This document shows positions 1 through 11,479 of a DNA stretch of 64,000 nucleotides, piece after piece. The stretch is from Macrostomum hystrix (taxonomy: Eukaryota; Animalia; Platyhelminthes): NCBI GenBank assembly GCA_950097015.1, contig CATNEN010000033.1, positions 3,100,001 to 3,164,000 of the forward strand, in the 5' to 3' direction. The notes beneath the pieces are model-generated. The model worked only from the letters and a program-made list of their open reading frames with translations. It did not search any database and was not told the DNA's origin. Within the stretch, counting starts at the first letter, position 1; each line of letters opens with the position of its first letter. Made by a program: the position numbers and the translations under genes.

Positions 1-324
1 AAAATACCATCACCAACAATCATAAGCACAAACGTAAGCATTATTGTTTGTATTTTTTTTGTTTGTAAACGTTCATATTATTTTAATACTCAAAGCAATT
101 TCGCATAAATACAGCAGTTTGTATTTGTTTTAGAACATGTTCTTTCGGAAAAATATGTTCATCATCGTATCGTTAGTATTTTTGCAAAAAAACTGTCATT
201 ATTTTTCATTCACAGGTATTCAATACAATATATAGATAGTATATAGTCTTTTCGCGAAAAAATGCACTCATGACTCTTGGCAATTTGCAGAAATACTAAA
301 TACTAACTTAGTCTAATAATATGC

Positions 325-900
325 ATGTATTTTCGCGAAAATACCTTAAGATATAGCCACGCATATAACCTACTTTAATAACTTTTGCAAAAATACCGCC
401 AACTACCTTTGTTTAATAGCATAGCAGTATTTTCGCGAAAATACCTTAAGATATAGCCACGCACACAACTTCAAGAACTTTTGCAAAAATACCGCCAACT
501 ATCTTTGTTTAATAGCATAGCAGTATTTTCGCGAAAATACCTTAAGATATAGCCACGCATATAACCTACTTTAATAACTTTTGCAAAAATACAGCCAACT
601 ACCTTTGTTTAATAGCATAGCAGTATTTTCGCGAAAATACCTTAAGATGTAGCCATGCACACTACTTTAATAACTTTTGCAAAAATACCGCAAACTACCT
701 TTACTACCTGCGTTTAATAGGATAGCAGTATTTTCGCGAAAATACCATAATATGTAGCCATGCACACTACTTTAAGAACTTTTGCAAAAATACCGCCAAC
801 TACCTTTGTTTAATAGCATAGCAGTATTTTCGCGAAAATACCATAATATGTAGCCATTCACACTACTTTAAGAACTTTTGCAAAAATACCGCTATTTACT
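325..900. repeat. Tandem array (~6 copies) of a ~96-105 bp unit containing the perfect 18-bp palindrome GTATTTTCGCGAAAATAC and the palindrome TTTTGCAAAA
   Basis: TTTCGCGAAA recurs at ~331, 431, 527, 627, 732 and 828 with conserved intervening sequence. Confidence 0.9.
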
Positions 901-1275
901 TTCGGATAAAAGTCGTTATTTTATTTTCGCGATAACACCTATAAATGAATTTTATTAATTAATACTTTGACACTTTGCATATACCTTCGTTTGAATGCTT
1001 AATACTATATATAGTAATAAGAAATATGATTTTTTTGCAACAGAAGTAGCAATTACCTACTTCACAACAATAAAAGCTCAAAACTGAGCATATAAATTGA
1101 TTTTATTTGTATGACTAATTATAAAATTGCATACAAAAACAGTATGAAACAGTAAAAAATATAAAAAAACAGCTGAAAGACTGACTGAATGACCGAGTAA
1201 AAATATAGTCGATAAAATAGCAGCATGCAGGCAGTTTGGTGTAAAAAAAACCTGCTAGCAGCACCTGCTTGTCGC

Positions 1276-1893
1276 TCATACTCGCCGGTCCGGGTGATCG
1301 CCAAACACATTGCGTATTGGGTGGCATTGTCCATCGCATTGGTAGTCGGGCTTGAGAGAATGACCAACGAAGATGGAAACTACCGGACGCTTGTGCCCAT
1401 CAGGTGTCGGTTCTAATCGGCGCTGAAAGTCCTCCGAATACGCACTGACCGGAGCATGCCCAGCAAGCACTAATAGTCGATCGAGCCAAGAGACGTGTCG
1501 AATAGCCTTGTATTTGGCATTGACTTCAAAAGTGTCTCCATTGATCAATCGAAGTAGTGTGCACATGACTTCAGATGAGTCATCAAACAGATTCGGGCGT
1601 AGCTCGTCAATAAACATGGCAGTGTGTATAGTCTCGCAGAGCTTGTCAAACAGAAACGTGTTAGACCGCTTCTGCACCTGGACAGTCAGCACCTTCGTAG
1701 AACCGAGATGGCTTTGCACAGAGTGTGTCTTCCCAACGCCAGACGGGCCGTATAGATAGACGACACCAGTTGGCGATTGTAACGCTCTGCACACAGCCTT
1801 TACTGTTGGGCACACGTTAGTGGCGGCGATCAACCGGGGAACATGAGCGACGGCGGCATCAGGAAATTGGACAGCATCAGCAGCAGCAGGGAC
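1276..1893 (-). CDS. Gene A copy 1, exon 2: SF3 (AAA+) helicase domain, Rep/NS1-like
   Basis: Walker A YLYGPSGVGKT, Walker B MFIDE, B'-like LLRLINGDTFEVNAKYK, motif-C position LVLAGH and Arg-finger-like FQRRL. The frame is open up to the AG acceptor at 1894; 618 nt = 206 codons including the stop. Confidence 0.85.
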   Translation of the reverse strand, partial: VPAAADAVQFPDAAVAHVPRLIAATNVCPTVKAVCRALQSPTGVVYLYGPSGVGKTHSVQSHLGSTKVLTVQVQKRSNTFLFDKLCETIHTAMFIDELRPNLFDDSSEVMCTLLRLINGDTFEVNAKYKAIRHVSWLDRLLVLAGHAPVSAYSEDFQRRLEPTPDGHKRPVVSIFVGHSLKPDYQCDGQCHPIRNVFGDHPDRRV

Positions 1894-2038
1894 CTGTTGG
1901 ATGGTAGGTAGTTTTGCATATAATTAATTAATTGTCGATTGAGTTAATAATTTTTTGATTCAAAGGAACAGCAAAAATTCAATGATCAATACTTATAAGT
2001 GTGCTAAGTAATCTTATGGCTTATAATATTTTGCATAC
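1894..2038 (-). other. Predicted phase-0 GT-AG intron joining gene A exon 1 to the helicase exon (copy 1)
   Basis: Minus strand reads GAG|GTATGC...CCAACAG|GTC. The interior is AT-rich and splicing restores one reading frame. Confidence 0.75.
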
Positions 2039-4421
2039 CTCCAGCTGAGTAGGCAAGGTCGTCCTCGCATAGTCGGCTGTTGCAGCATCATCAGCAGCGG
2101 CGGCGGCGGCAGCGGCAGTAGGGCGACAGTTTTGGCAACCAGCTAGCACCTCTGTTGCTATTACGCGTTTCATCTGAGTCACCTTAAAGTAATCGCTGAG
2201 CTCTTGTCTGACACGAAAGTGTTCGAACATGAAGCCACTATCTAGCAAAGGCTCAGTTTTCGACGCCTCATGAGCAGCAACCCAGCAAAAGGCCTTGGCC
2301 AGCAAGCTGCACTCTTGAGTAGAAACGCGGAAAAGAGCTGGAAACTCGTCCGTACTGGTAACTAGCTTAATTGCACTTGACGCACTGCGTACACCAGACA
2401 CTGTCATTCTACACATTGTAGGATGCAGGTAGGCCGAAGCTTCCGCAGATTCCTCCATCAAAAGGGCATGCAGTCCGCAGTAAACAGTGTAACCATCTTC
2501 TGGTTGGCGCAGGTTCAGGAACATCAGCAAACCATTGGGATGATTCGGAGCTCCTAAACATTCACGGATTGACATGTTGTATTTCTGCTGACGACGCGCT
2601 CGGATTTCTTCGCTGGTCAGCATGTCAACCTGAATACATGATGTTGTGCCGATGGCAAACTGTGCACATGGAGCTACCAATTCATCTTCTAGAAACGCCT
2701 TGAATTTTTCCACATCGCTCGAGATGAATGCAATCTCTATAAGATGTAGCGTCCTTCTAGTCATAAGAACCGACCTGCCCTCTGCTGTTAAAGAGGCGTA
2801 GTCGGTAATTGGAGCTCGAGGACATAGAAGTGGTGATGTCGAACGACACAACGCATATTCATCGGCTATCGGAGCAAATGCCACGCCACCAACTTGCTGC
2901 TGCTGCTGTTGCCGCTGCTGCGGTTGTTGATCTCGCTGATGATGCTGCTGCTGCGATTGCTGCCGTCGTCCCGACTGTTGCGCTGTTGATTCAAAAGCGT
3001 CGACATACGCTGGAGAAAATACTGCGAGAGCTGGTTCATCATCATCGGATATTGTCCCATTCTCGATGACAGACATTGCCGGTGTAGAGCGAGGCGCATA
3101 ATCTGGCGAAGTCGGACAGGCACCAAGTGCGGCACTATTTTTAGGAATAGTCGACTCGCCATTTACGCGCAATAATTCTGCCACCTCTGTTTTGTACTTA
3201 TCATCGACTAGCTGCGATGATGAGGCTGAACTATTAGAGGCCGTCAAAACGGGGGCAGTATTTGACTCTACATTGTCTGTATTGCTGATGAAGTGGTGAT
3301 GTCGAACGACACAACGCATATTCATCGGCTATCGGAGCAAATGCCACGCCATCGTCTTGCTGCTGCTGCCGTTCACGCCCTTGTATCTGCTGCCGCAGCT
3401 GCTGCCGCCACTGCTGCTGCTGCGGCTGTTGCTGTGGTTGTTGCTCTCGCCGTTGATGCTGCTGCTGCTGCTGCTGCTGCGATTGCTGCAGTCGTCCCGA
3501 CTGTTGCGCTGTTGGTTGAGAAGCGTCGACATACACTGGAGAGAATACAGCGCGAACTGGTTCATCAGCATCGGATGTTGTCCCATTCTCGATGACAGAC
3601 ATTGCCGGTGTAGAGCGAGGCGCATAATCTGGCGAAGTCGGACAGGCACCAAGTGCGGCACTAGTTTTAGGAATAGTCGACTCGCCATTTGCGCGCAATA
3701 ATTCTGCCACCTCCGTTTTGTACCTATCATCGACTAGCTGCGATGATGAGGCTGAGCTATTAGAGGCCGTCAAAACGGGGGCAGTATTTGACTCTACATT
3801 GTCTGTATTGCTGATGAACTCGTCCATAATCTCCAGCTGTACGTCGTCTGCTAGCAAGTCGTCCGCTGATTCATCTTCAGATGATAGCACTTTAGGCGTG
3901 GACTCTATGCGATCAGCATGGTCGCCGGCGCCACAAATTGGTTGGGCAGCAATAACCAGAGGCTGTCGCATGGCTACTAGAGATCCAACGCCAGTGTCTT
4001 CAGCATCAGACGACGATGAATTGCTAGACGAAGCATCCAAATCGACAACTGTACGCGTCCGCTTGCGTAGAGTCGATCGGGCATATCGACGCTTCCGAAT
4101 TGCACTCGATAGGACAGTCTGCTTCGGCTGCTGCTGCTGCTGCTGCTGTTTCGACTGCTGCTGCTGCTGTTGCTGCTGTATTACTGCAAGGCGGGGAACA
4201 GTGAAGGCAGCCGATGCCCGACCAGCCGTTCCTGCCATTGCTGTAAATGATGCCGATGATGCTTGCACACTCGGTCTAGATGCTGCGCCAGTAGGACGAT
4301 CGGTTGACTGCTGAGATCTAAAGTAGTCCACGATCATAGTCTGGCGTAGACCATTAGCATCCGGTGTAGCAATGCTGGCATCCACACGAGCCTTCTTTCC
4401 ACGGCCACGAAATGCTGACAT
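2039..4421 (-). pseudogene. Gene A copy 1, exon 1, frameshifted by an internal ~460-bp tandem duplication
   Basis: ORFs 3234-4433 and 2021-3325 together match the single ORF 14538-16409. The segment ISNTDNVES...RSTSP occurs twice, with a junction at ~3292. Confidence 0.8.
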
Positions 4422-4902
4422 TTCAAAATTCAAGTCGAGGCGTAGGAATTAACTCGTAATTACTCGGTCGGTCAGTCAGTCGGTCACAAAGTAGATGTTA
4501 AGCGCGCTCAGTCTTACATAGCTCACTTTTGCGACTGTACTCAACTGTAGTTCTAGATTTGACTACAGACAAAACTTTTTTTCGCGAAAATTCACTCGTG
4601 TGTATTGCAATCCCCAATTCGCAAATACTAATAGATAAAATTTCTATGGCTATTTCGCGAAAAAACCATTACAAGTATATAGACTAGCCATGTTAATTCA
4701 ATTACTTTCGCAGTATACTTTACTACTTCAGGTGCAATCGGCACTACTATAAGTAATATTGCAGTAGTAAGTCAACATTAATAATAATGGGGATCCACAC
4801 AAAAAGTGTGGATTCCAATATAAAAAAAACTGATTCCTAGTAAAAATTTATTTTCATTTCTAGTATAATGTTGCCTATTTTTTTTAAATAAAAAAATGCG
4901 TT

Positions 4903-4974
4903 GGGGTGAATGGGATTCGAACCCGAGCCACTTGTACTAGCGACAATGCATTAGACCTGCATGCCAGTTCACTA
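4903..4974 (-). ncRNA. tRNA-like Pol III unit 1 (tRNA-derived; non-canonical anticodon arm)
   Basis: Minus strand: A-box-like TGGCATGCAGGT, D stem GCAT/ATGC, B box GGTTCGAATCCC, 5-bp GTGAA/TTCAC pairing, then a T7 tract about 8 nt downstream. Confidence 0.55.
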
Positions 4975-5576
4975 ACAATAAAAGTGTGTGTTGTCTGGCT
5001 ATTTATATTGCTTTTCTTTCGCATGTTGTATTCTTATGAACCTTTTGCAAAAATACTGCCCTTACCTTTGTTTTGGGAACATAGCAGTATTATCGCGAAA
5101 ATTCTGTGTCTTAGACAATAGAAATGTCTATGTCTATTTCGCGAAAATACCATCTAAACTATCACAAGTATATAGACTAGCCATGTTAATTCAGTTACGT
5201 TCGCAGTATACTTTACTACTTCAGGTGCAAGCAGCACTACTTCAAGTACTATTGCGCAACTATGCATTTAATATTGTTTGAATACACATTTGTACTTTCG
5301 CGAATATATACCGGCTGCTGTAGCCGCACAATCTCAGATTTATTTGCATAAGTACGGCAGTAAAAGACAAGACACTTCGTCTGAAAAAATTCGCAAAAAG
5401 ACATGTGTCCCAAATGAAAGTAAAGGCATTATCAAAAGGAATTAACTGGCGTATTCGAGCAAAAGTACGTTAATAATAATGGGGATCCACAAAAAGTGGG
5501 GATTCGAATATAAAAAAGACTAATTTTAATTTTCATTGATAGTAGAATGTTAGCTGCTTTTTTAATAAAAAAAAGT

Positions 5577-5650
5577 AGGGCTGACTGGGATTCGAACCCG
5601 AGCCACTGGTATTAGAGAGAAATGCCTTAGACCTGCACGCCAGATCACTA
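5577..5650 (-). ncRNA. tRNA-like Pol III unit 2
   Basis: Diverged paralog of unit 1: TGGCGTGCAGGTCTAAGGC...GGTTCGAATCCC followed by a T8 tract. Confidence 0.5.
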
Positions 5651-6047
5651 ACAATCAAATAGTGTGTTATCTGGCTATTTATATTTATTTTCTTTCGCAT
5701 GTTCGAGTTTTAATGACGTTTGTCTGCAAATGGTGAAATCTTGACCACTAATACAATTTTTTTTCTAACAGACTGATAATATTTATTCAGCGAATATAGA
5801 GAGTACTTCAGGAATGTTTTGCAAAAATACTACCCTTATCTTTGTTTTGGAAACATATCAGTATTTTTGCGAAAATACTTTAATTCATGAATATGCATAG
5901 ACAATAAATACACTTTTCGCGAAAATACCAGCATTTGAGTCTATTCGCAGCCAAGTCAGTTTTCGAATCGACATCCATCACATATATGTACGGATATGTG
6001 ATTCAGGCAGCCGATGCTGCTTGCCCACTCGGTCTATACGTATAAAC

Positions 6048-6652
6048 TAGAGTTTACGGACTTAGAGAATTTTATCATGTCAGTGATAAAATTTTCGACC
6101 GTCCCAAGAGCTTAGTTGGTGTGGCTGGTGGAGTAGTAAATGCTATACAGGCAGGTATATATATATACTCTTAAGAAAGGTGCGCGAGTTGTTTTTTCGC
6201 AACTTGACTTCGCTACTCGACGTCGTCGGCATATGGGGGCTAGTATATAGCCGGGCTGGCTGAACCCCGGGCGATTCGATTCTATTTTTAGCTTAAGGCG
6301 CACCTTTCTTAAGAGTATATACATACAAGCTGGCTCGTGTGTATTTAAATGGCAGCCTATTGAAGTCTATGGGGCACGCAAGCCAGTATATACTCTTAAG
6401 AAAGGTGCGCCTTAGGCTAAAAATAGAAACACCATGCATTTTCGGTCATCTAGTAATTACTAGTCGTCATCAAGCCCGATCTAGATATAATCTCCGTCAT
6501 ATTGCCTCCAGCGAAAGTGTACAGCGCGCACCTTTCTTTAGAGTATATACTAGCTGGCTCGCTCTATCCCGCCCCGATCTCACTACACTATTTAAGCCTT
6601 GGGACGGTCGAGAATTTACGTTTATAAATTCTCTAAGTCCATAAACTCTTAT
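6048..6652. repeat. ~600-bp nested imperfect palindrome H1 (copy 1), with a core hairpin at 6280-6428
   Basis: 43-bp arms 6280-6322 and 6386-6428 have one mismatch. The motif GCGCACCTTTCTTAAGAGTATATA lies in mirror positions at ~6160-6187 and ~6525-6552. An outer inverted pair lies at ~6050-6113 and ~6593-6650. Confidence 0.9.
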
Positions 6653-6667
6653 AATTGGAGTGCTGCA

Positions 6668-6720
6668 TGGTGTGGTGTGGTGTGGTGTGGTGTGTGGTGT
6701 GGTGTGGTGTGTGGTGTTGG
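6668..6720 (+). repeat. (GGTGT)n/(GT)-rich simple repeat next to H1
   Basis: Visible directly; a longer homologous tract is at ~17372-17452. Confidence 0.9.
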
Positions 6721-8060
6721 GTGGGTGGATGCAGAGTGCAGGTGCAGGTTGGGTAGGTGGTGCATGGTGTCTCACTCTCATATCCTCCCTTCACTCTGTC
6801 CTAGCTTCCTCCCCTACCTTCGCTTTCCTCCTCTTCCTTTCTTCGATCTACCCTGATCCTTTATTCACTCTCCCTCGCTATCAATTTCCTCCTGTACTAT
6901 CCTCCAAATATGTCTTCGCAAAAGAGTAACACATCAGTACAATGAATCAATAAATACAATGAATCAGTCGTACGAATTTGGGTGGGTGGATGCAGAGTGC
7001 AGGTGGTTGGGTAGGTGGTGGTGTCTGACTCTCTGCATATCCTCCCTTCACTCTGTCCTAGCTTCCTCCCCTATACCTTCGCTTTCCTGATCCCCTTCCT
7101 TTAATCTGATGATTCTGGATTCAGGATTCTGGATTCTGATTCAGGATCTGATGATCCTGATCCTCTCTTCACTCTCCCTCGCTTTTACTTTCCTCCTGTA
7201 TACTATCCTCCAAATATTTTTTCGCGAAAGTAACACATCAGTACAAATCTACAATCTGTGCAGTCAACCTACTTTTGCTTTCCTCCCCTTCCTTCGATTT
7301 GATCCTCTCTTCACTCTCCCTCGCTTTCACTATCCGCCAACTATGTTTTCGCGAAAGTTACACGTCAATAAATGGTACCAGAGTGCTTTTGTTGGAACGA
7401 TCAGTTGAGATCAGTTCGAAGAAACTGAAGCATCCAAAGCCAAAAACAAAAGCCGAAATCCAAATTTGCAGCTTCTTCTAGCTGCAACTCACTGACTAGC
7501 CAGTTTCTGCACTGCTATAGCTACTACTTACAGCAGGCGCATGCGTAGCTGAAAAGACATTTTTTATCTCCTTAGTGTATTTCTTGCACACGTCTATGGC
7601 TGTAAATAGTAGCACGCAAAAAGCCGAATGACCTTTTTTTTGATCTCCGTAGTGTATTTCTAAATATAGAACATTCTATATGGACTATCCCAATTAGGGT
7701 CGTCGTCTCTGGGGAAAACTCGCACCGATTTAGAATACACGTACAACAGAGGTCCGTTTTGGTCTTGCTGGGGCCTTGGCTGGGGCTTGGCTGGACCAGA
7801 CCCCCCCTTTCAACATTTTAGGAACATAATATCTCAGACTGATCGATTACGATTACGTCGGTCTTGTAATAAGTCTCAACGCCAATGTACACCGCATAAC
7901 CGCCAGTCAGTTTAGTACATATTATTTTAATGATAGAATAAACAAGATAAGAAGTTGTGTACTATTAACGATTATACAAATAACAAACACTAAATTATTT
8001 ATATTTATTAATTATTTATATTTTAAAACGGATGACCGGTGCAGAGCAATGCTGACTGCT

Positions 8061-8148
8061 CGCATTGCCGTCAGGCCGCACGTTAGCCAGCTGAAAGCAT
8101 TCAGAAAAAAGCTGAAATCTGACTAACGTGCGGCCTGACGGCAGTGCG
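8061..8148. repeat. Branched hairpin H2, copy 1
   Basis: Arms CGCATTGCCGTCAGGCCGCACGTTAG and CTAACGTGCGGCCTGACGGCAGTGCG, with inner stems CAGCT/AGCTG and CTGAA/TTCAG. Confidence 0.85.
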
Positions 8149-9260
8149 TGAGCAATAGCCAGCTGATATCATAGCAGCTTCCGTTGAAGGACGCGAAAAT
8201 ACATTCTACTGTTCAACCAGTATGTGACATGTCGCAGTATGTGAACCACGGAACCGTCCCACCGAATCACTATACACTACAATACCGTAGCAGTCCGGTG
8301 TGACGATACTGTCTTCCACAAGAGCCTTCTTACCTTTTTACCACTGCCACATTATACACAGATCTCAAGTAGTCAACTTGTTTTCGTTTTGACTTAATAC
8401 GTATGTACTTTCGCGAAAAAAAAGTTGGCAGTGCGCAAACACTAATTATAGATGAAATGTCTGGCTATATTCGCGAAAATACCATAGATATAGCCACGCT
8501 ACTTAAAGAACTTTTGCAAAAATACTGCATACAATATGAATTATATGCAGCCGTTTTTTGTGTCTACGGCCAAAAACGTCTGACTGTATTTTCGAAAGAA
8601 AAAATGTGGATACGAATAAAAAAATCGCGAAAAATCGAGCTGTACCAAGCAGACATGTCTTTGGTAAAATACGCAGAATTTAATGCACTACATACCTATA
8701 GTCTGCACGTTTTAATAGTGCATCTTGGAATATCTTATATCTAGCGATACGAAAGTGTATAATAATTAATTCGTCGTTTGTACTTTACTTTCTCAAACTT
8801 ATCTAACTTATCTAGCTAACTTATATGTATTTATAATGTACGATAATAGTTACATTACTGCACGCCTACAATTTCATATAATATACGAAATCCAAGCTAA
8901 GAAAAAACAGTAAGACGTATTAAGCATTTTAATCAATTAATACTTCAATCAATATTTATATTTTTATATCAATTTAATCAATTAATCAATCTGTCTATAT
9001 TGAGCATAGAAAAATTAAACTGAAATTTAAAGAATTATGGAGACCAGCAGCGTCTGATCAATTTTTATCGGCTTAACTCAAATTTACAACTATTATCTCT
9101 TAATCTGCTTATGGGATTTAAACACATCAAATTTAATCAATTTAATAAATCTGTAAATTGAGCATAGAAAAATTAAACATAAAATTCAGAATTGAAGAAT
9201 CAATTAGTTCAATCAGTTAATCAGTCAATCAGTCTTCAATTAACGCACCGCTCCCCTCGG

Positions 9261-9631
9261 TCATAGGACACCCGGCTGCGGGATAAAGGATGGGTTTTAG
9301 GTTTCATTTAGTTTGTTAGCTCAGATGTTATCAGATGTGTTATTAATAAATATTCAAATGCAAATAATAATCGAAATCTACTACTCACATAAGGATCCAG
9401 CCCCGCAGCTATGCGGCGAGCCCTGGCCATGCGAAGCATGGCCGCTTTGACCCGCCGCATAGCTGCGGTGAGATTCTGCTCCACCCGGCGCCGTTCCGGC
9501 GTCCAGGCCTCCACTGCCGCCACCTCAGTTGCCGCCTCAATCGCATTGTTTAATGCCTTCTCCAGTTCTTCGACAGCGGAAGCCAGGACGAACGCCCGAA
9601 ACGGCGCCGGGAACATAGGGAAATTTGCCAT
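9261..9631 (-). CDS. Gene B copy 1: ~85-aa Ala/Arg-rich helical protein; exons 9631-9389 and 9275-9261, intron 9276-9388
   Basis: TAT|GTGAGT donor, GCTAAC branch point and CCCGCAG acceptor. The terminal exon PGVL* is conserved in five copies. Confidence 0.75.
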
Positions 9632-9877
9632 TGTTAATTGTTGTTAATTGTTAATTGCTGCTGTTGCGGCTTTGGTTGTGGGCTGATTTCTTGGCCGATA
9701 AAATATCTCTTGTTCTTAATGCCCAGACTGGCCTGTATTTATTTGATTTGTCTGTGGACTGACTCACCTGTGTTTGATAAAATATACTCTATGGGGACTT
9801 TGATTAAAGTTTAGAAATTTTTAAAACTAAAAAATTTTTTTTGCTTTAGGCTCGCTTGATTTACTAACTGACTGAAC

Positions 9878-10258
9878 ATGTCGTTCATTGCCCATCAGAT
9901 GCAGTTAGTGCAAATGTATCTTCACCCGCACATATTTCAACTCTTTCTCAGCTGTCGCATAGATTGCATTGGCCGGTTTATAGCGCATCGAGGGTGCTTC
10001 GAGCAGCTACATAGTTTGCAGCGCGGTGTTCCAAATGCTGAGTATAGCGCTAATGAGTTATGCTTATTATTACGGCGCACTCAAGAATGGCTGCAACAGC
10101 ACCGGTCAGCAGAAGACTATAAGGCTGTCTTGTTCGTGACTGGTGTAAGAGACGATGATGCACAAGACAACATCGAAGTGCTAGAGCTTTTCGAGGAAGC
10201 CCAAGCTGAACTCCAGCTCATCATACATGGAGTTCGCTACTGGTACATCGAACAATGA
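9878..10258 (+). CDS. Gene C copy 1: 126-aa protein of unknown function
   Basis: ATG-initiated ORF conserved in four copies, divergent from gene B. Confidence 0.7.
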   Translation: MSFIAHQMQLVQMYLHPHIFQLFLSCRIDCIGRFIAHRGCFEQLHSLQRGVPNAEYSANELCLLLRRTQEWLQQHRSAEDYKAVLFVTGVRDDDAQDNIEVLELFEEAQAELQLIIHGVRYWYIEQ

Positions 10259-10763
10259 ATGCTGTAAAATACAGAATTTATATACAGAATTTTATGTATT
10301 AAAGTTTACACGTTTATTTTTGCTCTCGCGACTTTGCAAATCAGACTAATTGTAGAATAGCACGATTATTTGTTCAATCAATGAAATTCTATATATATTT
10401 ATACTCTATATATGTATTGGTGAAATTTAATTATTAATTACCGGTTGACTACCTGCACACATCTGTGTTCGCGTATTAATATTTTATTACTGACTGATCT
10501 CATCAGTCGTCTGATTATGATTAATGGTAAATGCGACAATATATTGTCAATAGTGACGGCAAACTCTTATGCTTTGAATATACCACGTGAAGGTGAACGA
10601 GAGCTAGTGTATGTAAAAGTAGTTTAAAACATTTGCAGGTATCATGAACTGTCGACTTTGAATACTTAGATGTGTTAATCAAATACCAACTTTTAATTAT
10701 ATTATTCAGTTAATTAATTTCATTATAACTAATGGCAACAGTGCTTAACAAAAGAATTGCTAC

Positions 10764-11245
10764 ATGTCATTCAAATCTGGGTTATTAGCAGCACGATTGG
10801 CATTGCCGCGCTCTCTTTCAGTGCCAGTGCCGCCATTGTTGATGCTGCTGCTACTACTTACAATTGGTGACTGTATATCGGTCACTTGCGCATGCTGCGG
10901 CAGTTGCAATTGTTCGGATCACGTTCTAAATCACGTGTTCAATTGTTCTAAATCACGTGTCGGATTGGTGTTCACAATAGAAAATCTCTGATAGTAAATG
11001 CGCACGACACCTGGACGATGCAATACGTACTGAACACGTTGACGTGAAGGCAGAATAGCAAAATCGGAGTCTGAACTACTATCCGAGCTGTGCCTTCGTC
11101 GACGTCGCTCAGTGCCAATCACGACATCCGTGCTGTTACTGACGGTAGGGCACGAGATCGGTTTGTCGTTGCCAGAGTTGTGATCCTCTCTGTCGATATC
11201 TCGATCTCGATCTCCGCCATTGTGCCGCCCACCCAGGGATGACAT
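10764..11245 (-). pseudogene. Gene D copy 1, frameshifted by a small duplication at ~10915-10960
   Basis: Matches intact ORF 46935-47390. GTTCTAAATCACGTG is duplicated and gives a premature stop. Confidence 0.6.
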
Positions 11246-11479
11246 GTTGTAGTTTTTTTATTTGAAACAATAATTAAGAATCTAAAATGTGTAAATAAGT
11301 TACGCCACTTACCTTAGTAAAGTAACCAACTAAAAACCCTATTTCTAGTCTATGGTAACAAGATTGCTGATAATCTTATGTGATTGGGAATATGTAATCA
11401 ATGCAGTTGAAACTTTGGACAATTAATGAAGTAAATAAAACAAGTTCAACATTTTAAATACTGCCCCCATTGTCTCGCC

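Noticed and set aside
325-900. ~96-bp repeat arrays as a CRISPR array
   Set aside because: The whole unit repeats with no unique spacers, there are no cas genes and the context is eukaryotic.
1115-1416. Small ORFs overlapping the helicase 3' end (1115-1339, 1119-1367, 1225-1416, 13595-13819)
   Set aside because: Alternative-frame or antisense shadows running into AT-rich 3' flank; no independent support.
2809-4314. Plus-strand and alternative-frame Ala/Leu/Cys-rich ORFs over gene A (similar shadows over B, E, F and pol)
   Set aside because: By-products of CAG/GCT-rich, GC-rich coding sequence on the other strand or frame.
4744-4770. NANTATTAC-type nonanucleotide (CAATATTAC, minus strand) between ACTACT/AGTAGT as a CRESS origin
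   Set aside because: Only a 6-bp AT-rich stem. It is not retained in the paralogous segment at ~5230 or in unit 2, so it is expected by chance.
6840-7340. Pyrimidine-rich TCTTCACTCTCC repeats as the progenitor of the 20-bp satellite
   Set aside because: Only ~12 low-complexity bases are shared, which cannot be distinguished from chance by eye.
8403-8744. Recurrent MYFREKK...IIDEMSGYIRENT ORFs (also 19904, 24745, 28127, 44007)
   Set aside because: AT-rich spacer sequence; starts, ends and frames are not conserved between copies. The IIDE is a chance Walker-B look-alike with no Walker A.
9878-10258. Any of genes B-F as a capsid protein
   Set aside because: They are too short, helical or low-complexity, and I recognise no jelly-roll signature. 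A remote homolog cannot be excluded without structure prediction.
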